This document shows, piece after piece, positions 25,520 to 35,941 of a stretch of 49,481 bases of DNA (positions are counted from its first letter, which is position 1; every line of letters begins with the position of its first letter). Under the pieces are notes generated by a model, which worked only from the letters and a program-made list of their open reading frames with translations, had not been told where the DNA came from and searched no databases. The position numbers and the translations under genes are program-made. This stretch comes from Dehalococcoidia bacterium. GTDB lineage: Bacteria; Chloroflexota; Dehalococcoidia; GIF9; UBA5629. The stretch spans positions 1 through 49,481 of the forward strand of contig JBEKCL010000001.1 of the NCBI GenBank assembly GCA_050014895.1. Direction: 5' to 3'.

Positions 25520-26704
25520 TCAATAATCACTTAGTTCGCTTATCAGAACGTTCTTCTTTCCGTTCTTTGCAAGATCCAGGTCACGTTTACCGTCTTTTTT
25601 CTCATGCCTTTGGTCACATTCAAGTTCGCAGCCTGTACATATATCCAAACCTTCCTCAGCTATCCCCGGTGTGGCGCCGCTTATTATTCTTATCTTGGGA
25701 CTCCTGAGGCACTCAGGGTTAGATTTTATAACTATGCCTGTGCGACCGTCATTGAGTTTTACCATGGTACCCGCAGGATAAATAGGGACAATACGTGTAA
25801 ATGTCCTGACCAGTTCGGGGTCAAAAAGCTCCCCGCTATATGCAATGACATACTCTATCGCATCCTGAGAAGAAACAATACTGTGTTCGATAGCAAACGC
25901 CGGGAGGAATTCCTCACGGTGCGGTCTCTTAGATGCGAGGGCAAAACAAACATCTGTCATTCCCAGAATCCTTGCAGCCCGGCTTATACCGTCTTTTCTC
26001 AGTCCGAAAGGATAGCCGCTTCCATCCCACCTTTCGTGGTGCTGCAATACCATGTTTGCCGCTTCAGGACCAACCTCAGTGTATCGGGCGAGTATCTGCG
26101 AACTGTAAACCGGGTGCCTTTGAACAGCCTTCAGTTCCGCATCATTTAGAAATCCCGGCTTATCGAGGATACCCTGCGGCAATAATACATAACCCATATT
26201 TTGAAACAGCGCTGCCATGCCAAGTTGCTTTATTTCTTTTTTACCCATGCAGACTTCTTTACCCATCAACATGGAAAGTGATGCAACTTTGATAGGGTGC
26301 ACATAATTATAGTCTCTCAATGAGAAGCAACCAGCGATGGAGGGATCGCCCTTGTTTTCCGAGATCACAGTTTCCAGCAACTCGTCCATAAGATTATTCA
26401 CAAGGACAAGATCAATCGGCTGCTGGCTCCTGCTCGTAAGTAATGCCCGGCATTCTATCATAACTCTGCGCAATGCTTTGGAAATAGCTCCCTCCAATTC
26501 CGGGGGCACCATCGGGGGAACAGATATATCTTCGGTCTTCTTATTGACGACGTATAATTCCCCTACGCCGATATCCTCTATCTGCGCGATGTTTCTGGGA
26601 TCCAGTACGATGCCATTTTGTAGCACTACATCGCCCCAGTTATCGTAAATCGGGCTGGCCAATTCCATTCCGGGCCTCGCAAAGATTGCTGAAATGCGCT
26701 GCAT
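25520..26704 (-). CDS. HD-GYP-family protein with a degenerate HD dyad (HD becomes QN), 394 aa
   Basis: AALFQNMGYVLLP in place of LLHDIGK. HHERWDGSGYPFG is retained. MTDVCFALASKRPHR. Paralog of the next gene. Confidence 0.8.
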   Translation of the reverse strand: MQRISAIFARPGMELASPIYDNWGDVVLQNGIVLDPRNIAQIEDIGVGELYVVNKKTEDISVPPMVPPELEGAISKALRRVMIECRALLTSRSQQPIDLVLVNNLMDELLETVISENKGDPSIAGCFSLRDYNYVHPIKVASLSMLMGKEVCMGKKEIKQLGMAALFQNMGYVLLPQGILDKPGFLNDAELKAVQRHPVYSSQILARYTEVGPEAANMVLQHHERWDGSGYPFGLRKDGISRAARILGMTDVCFALASKRPHREEFLPAFAIEHSIVSSQDAIEYVIAYSGELFDPELVRTFTRIVPIYPAGTMVKLNDGRTGIVIKSNPECLRSPKIRIISGATPGIAEEGLDICTGCELECDQRHEKKDGKRDLDLAKNGKKNVLISELSDY

Positions 26705-26741
26705 TTAATTTAATATCCCTTATTTCACCCTGTCTGATTAA

Positions 26742-27896
26742 TTAATATTCCATTACCTGCGTAATTAGCTTCCTCTGGTGTTCAGCATCCGCCAAATTAA
26801 TATCAACGGGTTTATCAATGTCTCTCATTTCGCTATCATAGCAAATACGTACCTTGGGCCTTGAAAAGTACCCGCAGTTGGAGTTCGATACTATGCCAAC
26901 TTCACCCGTATTGAGTTTGACCATAATTCCAGATGGGTAGGTAGGCAACTCCTTGGTGAATATTTTTACCAGGTCCGCATCGAACAGCTCGCCGCTGTAC
27001 GCAACGATGAACTCCATCGCCTGGTGCGGACGGAGAAAATCGGCGTCATCCAAATCGCCGGAAAAAGCATTTACGAATTCCTGCGCTTCTTTGGGTAGTA
27101 TGCACCCCCTGTGCGGACGGTTGGATACAAGCGCCACTACGCTGTCGGTAATACCCAGGATGCGGGCTCCGTGACAAATACTCCTTGCCCTTACACCATT
27201 GGGATAACCGCTGCCATTCCAGCGCTCATGATGCTGCTTAATAATCAGCGCAGTTTCCTCGGAGACCTGCCCATATCTTTTAACAATCTCAGATCCATAA
27301 GCAGGATGTTTCTGCACTACCTGTACTTCGGCGTCCGTCAACGGACCTTCCTTATCAACTATTCCCTGTGGCAGAGCAGCGTAGCCTATATTCTGAAGCA
27401 GTGCTGCCATTCCCAGGTTTATCAACTCCGTTTGTCCCAACCCCGCAGCTTTCCCCATAAGCAACGTGAGGCTGGTAACCTTCACTGGATGAACAAAATC
27501 ATAATCTTTAATTGAATGGCATCCAGCTACAACCGGCTCCCCCATGGCTACGGGGAACAACTGTTGTACCATTTCAAAAATCCCCTGCCGCAGAGGTGCT
27601 AGATCCATCATCTGGGCCTTCCCGGAGCCTACTATGTGCTGAGCCTTTTGCAAAGCTAGTTTTAGCGATAATGCAATGGACCCTTCGAGTTCAGGCGTTA
27701 TCAATGGCCATGCAGTCACATCATCCACCCGCTTATCCATGATAAAAAGTTCGCCCACTCCTACCTCTTCAAGGTTGGCAACCTGCACAGCTGACAACTT
27801 TGTGCCCTCCTTTAGTAACAATTTCCCAAAACAATCGTATAAGGCACGGCCCAACATCATAGTCGGTTTTGCGTATTTAGCGGAAATTCTTCTCAT
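26742..27896 (-). CDS. HD-GYP-family protein with a degenerate HD dyad (HD becomes QN), 384 aa
   Basis: AALLQNIGYAALP in place of LLHDIGK. HHERWNGSGYPNG is retained. ITDSVVALVSNRPHR. Confidence 0.8.
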   Translation of the reverse strand: MRRISAKYAKPTMMLGRALYDCFGKLLLKEGTKLSAVQVANLEEVGVGELFIMDKRVDDVTAWPLITPELEGSIALSLKLALQKAQHIVGSGKAQMMDLAPLRQGIFEMVQQLFPVAMGEPVVAGCHSIKDYDFVHPVKVTSLTLLMGKAAGLGQTELINLGMAALLQNIGYAALPQGIVDKEGPLTDAEVQVVQKHPAYGSEIVKRYGQVSEETALIIKQHHERWNGSGYPNGVRARSICHGARILGITDSVVALVSNRPHRGCILPKEAQEFVNAFSGDLDDADFLRPHQAMEFIVAYSGELFDADLVKIFTKELPTYPSGIMVKLNTGEVGIVSNSNCGYFSRPKVRICYDSEMRDIDKPVDINLADAEHQRKLITQVMEY

Positions 27897-27929
27897 TTTT
27901 ATCCTTGACTTCCTATATATTCCTTATTA

Positions 27930-28739
27930 TTAATGCCTTGCTGATAACGCTGCGGAGCTTTTCGAGTAGAAACAGGTCCCTAGTTTGGAATAACCGATTT
28001 TGACAGAGTTAACCATGAACTCTGTTGCGCCAACAAAAAGGATTCCATTATCCTTAAGCGAATCAAAAAACCGCTGGTTTAACTTCTCTTTTGCCTCTTC
28101 AGTAAAATAAATAGTCACATTGCGGCAGACAATTAAATTGAACCCCTTTTCAAAGGGATCGGCCAGAAGGTTATGCTTTTTGAAAACGACCTTCTCCTGG
28201 ATATCTTTTACCACCCAATAATCACCATTTTGCGCCGTAAAATATTTAGCCACCAGGTGCTTCGGCAAATTCTTGAGCATGTCTTCTCTAAAAGGACCTC
28301 CCGCCCTTGCTTTTGCCAGGCTCAACTCATCCATGTCAGTCCCTAATATCCGTAAATTAACCTTCTTCGAACTGTCCATCACCAGCATGGCGATAGTATA
28401 AGCCTCAGCGCCATTTGAACAACCGGCGCTCCAAATATTGAGATGACCGCCATCTTCCATTAACTTGGGCAGAATAGTACTTTGCAACTCTTTAAATGCC
28501 CAGGCATCGCGGAAAAATTCTGTTACATTTATCGTTAGAAAATCACAGAGTTTTCTCAGGCCCGGTTCATCTTGCTCAATGGTGCGGCAATAGGTCACGA
28601 CGTCCTTTGCGGAGGAGTTTTCAATAAATGCCGATAGCCTGCGCCTCATCTGCTGGCTTTTATAATGCTCCAGGTCTATACCGGTAATGTTAAACAATTT
28701 CTTTTTTAGAAATAGATATTCCTGATCTGTCATCGTCAT
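27930..28739 (-). CDS. cheR: Chemotaxis protein methyltransferase CheR
   Basis: TEFFRD, IWSAGCSNGAEAYTIAMLV, IVCRNVTIYF. It overlaps cheB by 4 nt (ATGA). Confidence 0.9.
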   Translation of the reverse strand: MTMTDQEYLFLKKKLFNITGIDLEHYKSQQMRRRLSAFIENSSAKDVVTYCRTIEQDEPGLRKLCDFLTINVTEFFRDAWAFKELQSTILPKLMEDGGHLNIWSAGCSNGAEAYTIAMLVMDSSKKVNLRILGTDMDELSLAKARAGGPFREDMLKNLPKHLVAKYFTAQNGDYWVVKDIQEKVVFKKHNLLADPFEKGFNLIVCRNVTIYFTEEAKEKLNQRFFDSLKDNGILFVGATEFMVNSVKIGYSKLGTCFYSKSSAALSARH

Positions 28740-29857
28740 ATACTCACCAAAGATGTGCTAGATTTTGAACAGACATTAGCTATTTCAGCAACAATCCTGT
28801 TCAATGGCGCTACTTTGTCGACCAACCCTGCTTCAGCTACGCTCCGCGGCATACCGTAAACAATACATGTGGACTCATCCTCTGCTAATATCATGCCGCC
28901 ACCTGCTTTTATCATAGCGGCGCCCTGGGTCCCATCCGAACCCATACCGGTAAGTATTACACCTACACAGCGTGAACCGTATGCTTTTGCAGCAGCCTCC
29001 ATGGTTACATCCACAGCAGGCCGTAATCCGCCACAACGTGGTTTGTCCTGGTTAAGCTCTATCTGCCCACTTAAATTCATCACCATGTGAAAACCACCGG
29101 CTGCCAGTAACGCCTGCCCGTTTGCCACTACATCCCCAGCTTCAGCCTCTTTCACCTTTATCTGGCTCAGTTCATTGAGCCTGTCAGCAATGGACTTTGT
29201 AAATTTGGGCGGCATATGTTGCACAATGAGGAACGCGGCGTCAATGTCCCCCGGTATATTTGGAACCACTTCATATAGAGCGCGGGGTCCGCCGGTAGAG
29301 GTCCCGATGATGACAACGTGGTTTAATTTACTGCGTTTAACTGAAGGCGTCTCCCGCTTTTTTGTCATGCTTCTATGGAGGTCCTGCGATATCCTGCGCA
29401 GTCTTGTAGTCACCTTGGCGACATCTATCTTGGCTGCCTGCTTTATTTTAAAAATCAGTTCATCATCAGATTCATCCGAACCAGCCGGATTAATCAACTG
29501 CGGCTTCAGGAAAAAATCCACGGCGCCAATTTCCAGCGCCTTCACAGTAACATCAGCCCCTTCCGCAGTGAGGTTGCTCAGCATCACCACCGGTGTTGGA
29601 CAATGAGACATAATACGTTCCAGGCAAGAGATACCATCCATCTTAGGCATCTCTATATCAAGGGTTACGACATCCGGTTTTAGCGATTCTATCTTTGCAA
29701 GAGCATCCAGGCCATCCCGGGCTACACCGGCTATCTCTATTTCCGAATCAGCTGATATGTGCCGGGAAATCATCAGGCGGGCAAATGCCGAATCATCGAC
29801 TACTAATACCCTGACCCGCTTTTCTGGCATATTCATTTCGTTGCGCTCAGTTGACAT
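28736..29857 (-). CDS. cheB: Chemotaxis response regulator protein-glutamate methylesterase CheB
   Basis: REC segment (VLVVDDSAFARLM...VVTLDIEMPKMDG) followed by a methylesterase segment (VVIIGTSTGGPRAL, IVQHMP, GMGSDG). Confidence 0.9.
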   Translation of the reverse strand: MSTERNEMNMPEKRVRVLVVDDSAFARLMISRHISADSEIEIAGVARDGLDALAKIESLKPDVVTLDIEMPKMDGISCLERIMSHCPTPVVMLSNLTAEGADVTVKALEIGAVDFFLKPQLINPAGSDESDDELIFKIKQAAKIDVAKVTTRLRRISQDLHRSMTKKRETPSVKRSKLNHVVIIGTSTGGPRALYEVVPNIPGDIDAAFLIVQHMPPKFTKSIADRLNELSQIKVKEAEAGDVVANGQALLAAGGFHMVMNLSGQIELNQDKPRCGGLRPAVDVTMEAAAKAYGSRCVGVILTGMGSDGTQGAAMIKAGGGMILAEDESTCIVYGMPRSVAEAGLVDKVAPLNRIVAEIANVCSKSSTSLVSI

Positions 29858-29868
29858 GGTTCTTCACC

Positions 29869-30225
29869 TTAGCTGATCATTTTCTTTACTGCGGCAAGGA
29901 CACGCTCTGCATCGAATGGTTTAACAACAAAATCCCTGGCCCCGGTTTTCAATGCTTCCATAACCATGGATTGCTGACCCATTGCCGTGACCATGGCAAC
30001 CCTTGCCCCCGGATCCATTTTGATTAATTCTTTTAGCGTGGAAAGACCATCCATGTTTGGCATGGTTATATCCAGCAAAACACCATCGGGTTTGTATTCC
30101 TTGTATTTCACAATTGCTTCGGCGCCATCTGCTGCCTCAGCAACTTCGAAACCATTATCAGATAACAGCTTGGTGCATCTCATTCGCATGAAAGCTGCAT
30201 CGTCTACTACAAGTATTTTCGCCAA
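29869..30225 (-). CDS. cheY: Chemotaxis response regulator CheY (118 aa, TTG start)
   Basis: MAKILVVDDAAFMR...VLLDITMPNMDG...VAMVTAMG...DFVVKPF. GGAGG lies 8 nt upstream of the TTG. Confidence 0.85.
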   Translation of the reverse strand: MAKILVVDDAAFMRMRCTKLLSDNGFEVAEAADGAEAIVKYKEYKPDGVLLDITMPNMDGLSTLKELIKMDPGARVAMVTAMGQQSMVMEALKTGARDFVVKPFDAERVLAAVKKMIS

Positions 30226-30423
30226 TTTATCCCTCCTTATTAATGTCTTATCTCTTTAATGCCCCTCTTTTCAAAGGGTCCTTTTTAACCAACTTACGCC
30301 GTACTTAATTTTCACAACCGCAGCATCTTTCTACAAGATACGACGGTTCAATTTTCGTGAGCCAACTGGCTATGCTTAGCTTTTTTCAACTGCAATTCGG
30401 TTTAATGACTTTCGGCATCTAAT

Positions 30424-32547
30424 CTATTTTTCCTTTAACTTATATTTAGTAACGATTTCTTTGAATTCCCGGGCCATGCGGGATATACCGGCCCCGGAAG
30501 AGACTACTTGCTGCATCTGGGCACTGATCTCTTCGGCGGCAGCAGATACCTCCTCGGTAGCTGCACTGTTCTGTTCAGCTACACCCGCGACATCTTCCAC
30601 CGACTTGGATACAGTATTCGCCGTTGCAGACATTTGCTCGGTCGCCGCCGTGTTCTCCTCAACTATCGCACTGATGTTTTCACTAAGCTTAACCATCTCC
30701 GTGCTCATAGCTCCCAACTGTTGCGCCGCCGCCGATATCTGCTCCACCTGGTCATTCATATCAGCCGACTGCTTGAGTATCTCGCCCAGGGACTCGCCCG
30801 CTTTATGGGCCACATCATATCCCCCGGCTATTTGCTCCGTCCCTTTCTCCATAGCCTGTATAGTTTGGTCTACACCTGCCTGTATTCCGCTTATCAATTC
30901 CGCTATTTCTTTCGTAGAAGCTGCAGATCGCTCCGCCAGTTTCCTCACTTCATCCGCCACTACCGCAAAACCTCTACCCTGCTCTCCAGCTCTTGCAGCC
31001 TCGATTGCCGCATTGAGCGCCAGCAGGTTAGTCTGGTCCGCAATACCATTTATCGTAGCTACTATCTTCCCTATTTCCCTTGACCTGCTGCCCAAACCAT
31101 GTACTTTCTCCGACGCAATATCTATCGTGCCCTTGATCTCTTCCATGCCATTGATCGTTTTCTGCACCATTCCTGCGCCACTGCGCGCTGTCTCCATTGC
31201 AGCCCTGGCACTCCCAGTAGCCTTCCCGGTATTAACGGAAACCTGTGTTATTGCAGTGGACACCTGTCCAACTACGTTCACATTTTTTTCTATTATTCCG
31301 GCCTGCTCCTGCGCCCCTCTGGCTATCTGGCTAATAGCCTTGTTTAACTGTTCCATGGCCTTCATGGTATCCTGCATTGATGTCGCTTGTTCAGCAGCAC
31401 CCTTAGCCACCTGCTGGCTGGCATCTGCTATCTGGTGCGTGGCCTGCTCAGCCTGATGAGACGCCTGCTCAAGCTGCTCGCCCGAATCAAGTAACTCCGT
31501 CGAAACTTGCCTGAGCTTACGCACTACCGCGACCTGGTTGCCTGCTGACCGGTTGGTAACTTCTTTCAACCGTAACAGCTCGCCCTTATAATCCCCGTCC
31601 ACTTTAATAGTAAGATCATTTTCGGCCTGCATATTGAGCACGGCGGAAATCTCATTTAAAGGCGTTATCACTGTGTCCAGCATCGAATTGATCCCGCTTA
31701 TAATGTCCGCCCAGCCGCCTTTGAATTTTGAAGCATCCCCTCTCAAATCCAGCTTGCCATCCCGGGCAGCAGCGATAAGCGAGTCTACTTCATTCATTAA
31801 GCCAGTCAGACTGTCTGTACAGGCATTAAAGCTGTCAGTGAATTTTTGCCAATCACCCTTACTGACCTCCGTTGACTTTGTTAAGTTCCTTTCCCCATGC
31901 TCAATCTGTTCAAAGTTCTTTCTAATGCCTTCGATCAAGGAAAACATTGCGTCCAGCAGGATGTTTACCCCTTTTCCAACCCTTCTTAAACTGCCGTCAT
32001 ACCTTTTGTAATTAAGTCGGCTGGATAATTTACCCTCGCCTATAGCGACCAAGATGCTGTTAACTTCGCCGACAAATTCAATCTGTTTGCTGGAATCAGT
32101 AAAATATTCCATTGCGCCAACTATGTCGCCCTGCTCGTTTTTAAGGGGTATCACCGAGCATTGCACCGGCAACACTCCGGAAGGCGTCGTTATTGAAGTT
32201 TCAATCATAAAATTACAGTTTTCCCGCATGGCCCGGCTGGTCAGACAGGTCTCAGGGTTACATTTATCTATCTTCAATAACTCATAACATTTACGTCCTA
32301 TGCACTCTTCGCGAGTCTTGCCGGTGAACCTTGCGCCGGCAGCATTAACATAACTGATATTGTGATCAAGATCGATGGTCACTACGGCGACAGGAAGCAT
32401 GTCAAATGTCTTAGAACCCTGCTTGTCCAGGTCGTTATATGGTTTCCGGAACCATGATTGCCCTCCCGGGCTTCTACCGGTCTTTGCAGTTACCACCTGT
32501 TTATTCCCATTGCCTTTCTCCCTTTTCGTGTCCAGTATATTAATCAT
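30424..32547 (-). CDS. Soluble methyl-accepting chemotaxis protein with an N-terminal Cys-rich PAS domain (707 aa)
   Basis: No TM helix. PAS-like segment [37 protein letters not shown]. Signalling hairpin [40 protein letters not shown]. The C-terminal ~400 aa are paralogous to the MCP at 36909-39539. Confidence 0.9.
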   Translation of the reverse strand: MINILDTKREKGNGNKQVVTAKTGRSPGGQSWFRKPYNDLDKQGSKTFDMLPVAVVTIDLDHNISYVNAAGARFTGKTREECIGRKCYELLKIDKCNPETCLTSRAMRENCNFMIETSITTPSGVLPVQCSVIPLKNEQGDIVGAMEYFTDSSKQIEFVGEVNSILVAIGEGKLSSRLNYKRYDGSLRRVGKGVNILLDAMFSLIEGIRKNFEQIEHGERNLTKSTEVSKGDWQKFTDSFNACTDSLTGLMNEVDSLIAAARDGKLDLRGDASKFKGGWADIISGINSMLDTVITPLNEISAVLNMQAENDLTIKVDGDYKGELLRLKEVTNRSAGNQVAVVRKLRQVSTELLDSGEQLEQASHQAEQATHQIADASQQVAKGAAEQATSMQDTMKAMEQLNKAISQIARGAQEQAGIIEKNVNVVGQVSTAITQVSVNTGKATGSARAAMETARSGAGMVQKTINGMEEIKGTIDIASEKVHGLGSRSREIGKIVATINGIADQTNLLALNAAIEAARAGEQGRGFAVVADEVRKLAERSAASTKEIAELISGIQAGVDQTIQAMEKGTEQIAGGYDVAHKAGESLGEILKQSADMNDQVEQISAAAQQLGAMSTEMVKLSENISAIVEENTAATEQMSATANTVSKSVEDVAGVAEQNSAATEEVSAAAEEISAQMQQVVSSGAGISRMAREFKEIVTKYKLKEK

Positions 32548-32596
32548 TTACCTCTCCGTTGAAACCTTCATATCTTGTTTAAATAGTCAATACTTA

Positions 32597-33109
32597 TCAC
32601 ATTTCAGCTATCGGGCCGGCGGTAGTCCTCACCCTGGTAATACCGGTTTCAATATGTAACCACATTGACCTGCCCAATTTGCCCAACAGGTCTTCAGCTT
32701 TTAACTCCAGATGGTATTCAGCGAAGGCAATCTTAATAGCGGTAACGTTGCGGTCACCGATATCAAGGATGCTCTTGGCCGGCACATTGCTTATGATCTT
32801 GGCACCCCCCGCTATCTTCAATATAATCCTCTTTTTTATTGCGCCCTTCTTCTCCATTTCTTTCACAAGGAAAGGTAAGGCCGAGTTTGCGAATTTCGCC
32901 GGGGCCCTTTCACAATCAGCTTCGTTGCCTTGCGGCAATACAATATGCGCCATTGCACCCACGCGGGAAACCGGGTCATAGGCACTCACGCCAATGCACG
33001 AGCCTAAACCCAGGCAGGCCAGTACCACGTTGGGATCATTACTAAAATGTATTTCACCCAGTCCTACAGCCACCATTACCTCATTTTTGAGGACTGGAGT
33101 CGTAGTCAT
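32597..33109 (-). CDS. cheD: Chemoreceptor glutamine deamidase CheD
   Basis: LGLGSCIGVSAYDPVSRVGAMAHIVLP...KIAGGAKI...IGDRNV. It overlaps cheC by 4 nt. Confidence 0.85.
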   Translation of the reverse strand: MTTTPVLKNEVMVAVGLGEIHFSNDPNVVLACLGLGSCIGVSAYDPVSRVGAMAHIVLPQGNEADCERAPAKFANSALPFLVKEMEKKGAIKKRIILKIAGGAKIISNVPAKSILDIGDRNVTAIKIAFAEYHLELKAEDLLGKLGRSMWLHIETGITRVRTTAGPIAEM

Positions 33110-33723
33110 TTCCTTCCCCTGCTATTAACAAGTGGCAACTGCATGAAACTTGCGTTAGGCATAATCAGGAAAGTCCCCTCAACAGTACGGTCAGAAACGC
33201 CAAAGGACGTCTCAGCTATAAACACGTCATCGCGCTCTGCAAGTATCTCGGCAAGGGCAATATCTAAAATTGCTCCGGCCATATCCAGCAGGACAATCGG
33301 TGGGGACGGATTGAGAAAAACGCCAAGCTCATCTGCCACAGCGTTAAGGAAGAAGGTGCCGGTAATATTACCCATTTCCCCCAGGGCAGATTGGGACATC
33401 TCATCCAGGCTACTGGTCGTGCCCATCGGGTTCCCCATGAGCATATCCAGTACTTTATAGGCAAACTCCGGTTGGTGCGCCAACAGTATGTGCCCATGAC
33501 TGGCACCTGAAAAAGTGATGTATACTCCTATGACCATGTGCTCCGGGCCGCCCAATATATATGGCATTTCTTTGGCGGGGACCTTGCGGATATTTATGGA
33601 ATTTATCTGGAATTCCCTGCCGACCATCTGGGATAGTCCATTGATTGAATTGGTCATACCTTTTTTCATAAGGTCTTCCCATATCAGCATTTCCTCTTGC
33701 ACAGAGACCTCGTTAACAGCCAT
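33106..33723 (-). CDS. cheC: CheC-family CheY-P phosphatase
   Basis: Duplicated CheC-like segments, including MSQSALGEMGNITGTFFLNAVA. Located between cheA and cheD. Confidence 0.75.
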   Translation of the reverse strand: MAVNEVSVQEEMLIWEDLMKKGMTNSINGLSQMVGREFQINSINIRKVPAKEMPYILGGPEHMVIGVYITFSGASHGHILLAHQPEFAYKVLDMLMGNPMGTTSSLDEMSQSALGEMGNITGTFFLNAVADELGVFLNPSPPIVLLDMAGAILDIALAEILAERDDVFIAETSFGVSDRTVEGTFLIMPNASFMQLPLVNSRGRK

Positions 33724-33744
33724 TCCGTTTATTTCCTCCTGAAA

Positions 33745-35877
33745 TTAAAATCTAGCCGTATTTACAGCCAAACCGTGTTTGTTACTAGTTTGCCCCTGTT
33801 GCGCGAACATTCGGATCAGCGTAGGTATATCCAAAATAAGGGCCACTTCTCCATTACCAAGAATCGTTGCCCCTGCAATGCCTTGTAGCTCACCGAAATA
33901 TTTACCTAGCGACTTAATAACAAATTCCATCTGCTCCCTGAGATCATCTACCACGATGCCGGCCACCCTGTCGCCCGCTTTGACAACCAGCACATAATCA
34001 TCTGCCTTGTCCGATGACTCCAGGCCGGTGCCAAGAACTTTGCTCATGCGCATGAGAGGGACAACCATATCGCGAAGCCTCATGACCTCCCTCTTTTGAA
34101 CAGTTTGTATTTCGCTAGTCTTGACCTTTATAGTCTCCATGACAGAAACCAGCGGGACAATAAAGCTTGATCCTGATACAGTTACTACCAACCCCTGGAA
34201 TACAGCTACAGTAAGAGGCAATTTGATAATGAAAGTCGTACCTTGATTGAGCTTTGTCTCCAGCGCTACATTACCATTCAGCCGTTCAATATTGGTCCTG
34301 ACAATATCAAGGCCGACCCCTCTCCCTGAAACGTCTGTGGTTTTTTCAGCAGTTGACATGCCGGGGGAGAAAATCAGGTCGATAGCTTCCTGATCAGATA
34401 ATTTGCCGGCAGCTTCCGCCGACAGGAAACCCTTTCTTATGGCCGAGTCCCTCACCCGCTTCGGGTCAATTCCCTTGCCGTCGTCTTCAAGTTTGATAAC
34501 TATATGCCCTTCTTCCTGGTATGCTGAAAGTCTAACTAATGCCTTCTCAGGTTTGCCTTTTGCCCTTCGCTCTTCAGGAGTTTCAATGCCATGGTCCACG
34601 GCATTCCTGAGTAAATGGACCAGCGGATCATGTATTTTTTCAATAATCGTCCTATCAAGCTCTGTATTTTCACCCTTGATGACAAAATCCAGGTTCTTCT
34701 GCAATTTTTGCGCTGTGTCACGCACAAGCCTGGGAAATTTGCTGAAAACCAGGCTGACCGGGACCATCCGGACTTTCATAATATCCTGATAAAGCTCATT
34801 AATGACCTTTACAATATGATTGGAGGTATCTCCGAGATCGCCAACAAGCTCATCATCAGGGTATTTCCCCTCGAGCAGTTTGCCGACCTGGCTTATTCTG
34901 GAGCGGTCAATTACCAGTTCTTCTACCATATTCATCAGGTTGTCAAGAACCGTTACATCTACACGGATGCTCTGCATGACTTCCGCCTTAGCATTACCAT
35001 CGGCAGGCTTGACATCCGGCCTGGTATCATTACCGGGGACATCCTGCGGTACTGATGTTTTACGCTCTTCCCCGCCAGATGATTTTAAAAGCCTTTCTGC
35101 TTCGCTTGTTCCGTAGCCGGCTGTTATCACCTTCTCAATATCGGAGATAAGCATGAGAGTTTGCTCTATCTCATCAGTCTTTCGGCTGCAACATACAATA
35201 GCATTGAACTCCGGAGTTACCTTTTCCTGCTCAATTTCCTTTAAACCCGGAACAGATGCGATCAACTCACCCATGGCAGCTAGGTCATTGTGAATCTGGA
35301 GGCTTCTGACAGCGAGCCACTCGCTTTTTTTATCAATAAATACTTTCACTACATAGACATTCAACCCATTTTTCTGGGCCTTGGCGATCTTACTTGCGGC
35401 ATTTTTATTAAGGGTGATCAGCTTCCCTGTCTTGCCTGCGCCATTATTCGGGGTCCCTGCTTCTTCCGTTTTCTCGCAGTTACCCGCTTCCGCTGACTCA
35501 TTCAGACGGGAGACTATTGACGGGATATCCACATCACTCTCGCGCCGGGTAATGATCTCTCCCTTGAGTGTTTTCAGAGCGTCGAGGCTAAAAAGCAGGG
35601 CGTCTATAATTTTGGAATTTACGTTAATTTTATGGTTGCGCAACTTGTCCAGCAGGCTTTCCATTGCATGCGTTACTTCCGCCATCCGCTCATGGCCCAG
35701 CATAGCCGAAGAGCCCTTCAACGTGTGAGCCGCGCGGAAAATTTCCTGCAGCAATTCCTGGTTATTTGCCTCGTTTTCGAGTTTAATAATGTCTTCATCT
35801 AGAAGCTGAATATGTTCCTCAGCTTCTTCCATGAATACTTTTAGTTCTTCAGGGCTGATTTCACAGCTAATGATCAT
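33745..35877 (-). CDS. cheA: Chemotaxis histidine kinase CheA
   Basis: Hpt segment FRAAHTLKGSSAMLG. HATPase segments HLLRNAVDHGIE, DDGKGID, GRGVGLD. C-terminal CheW-like domain. Confidence 0.95.
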   Translation of the reverse strand: MIISCEISPEELKVFMEEAEEHIQLLDEDIIKLENEANNQELLQEIFRAAHTLKGSSAMLGHERMAEVTHAMESLLDKLRNHKINVNSKIIDALLFSLDALKTLKGEIITRRESDVDIPSIVSRLNESAEAGNCEKTEEAGTPNNGAGKTGKLITLNKNAASKIAKAQKNGLNVYVVKVFIDKKSEWLAVRSLQIHNDLAAMGELIASVPGLKEIEQEKVTPEFNAIVCCSRKTDEIEQTLMLISDIEKVITAGYGTSEAERLLKSSGGEERKTSVPQDVPGNDTRPDVKPADGNAKAEVMQSIRVDVTVLDNLMNMVEELVIDRSRISQVGKLLEGKYPDDELVGDLGDTSNHIVKVINELYQDIMKVRMVPVSLVFSKFPRLVRDTAQKLQKNLDFVIKGENTELDRTIIEKIHDPLVHLLRNAVDHGIETPEERRAKGKPEKALVRLSAYQEEGHIVIKLEDDGKGIDPKRVRDSAIRKGFLSAEAAGKLSDQEAIDLIFSPGMSTAEKTTDVSGRGVGLDIVRTNIERLNGNVALETKLNQGTTFIIKLPLTVAVFQGLVVTVSGSSFIVPLVSVMETIKVKTSEIQTVQKREVMRLRDMVVPLMRMSKVLGTGLESSDKADDYVLVVKAGDRVAGIVVDDLREQMEFVIKSLGKYFGELQGIAGATILGNGEVALILDIPTLIRMFAQQGQTSNKHGLAVNTARF

Positions 35878-35941
35878 TTTCGTATCCTGCTTGATTCGGC
35901 CATATCTAATGCTCCTTCACCGGGACGTCTCTCGTACGTGA

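Noticed and set aside
30461-31456. A 331-aa ORF on the plus strand, plus similar long plus-strand ORFs at 30508-31083, 36913-37284, 36981-37457, 37318-37872 and 37879-38151
   Set aside because: They lie antisense to the MCP signalling domains. The Ala/Gln/Ser-rich, GC-biased codon periodicity of MCP genes keeps the opposite strand open. The translations are low-complexity (Ser/Ala/Cys/Ile-rich) and match no family.
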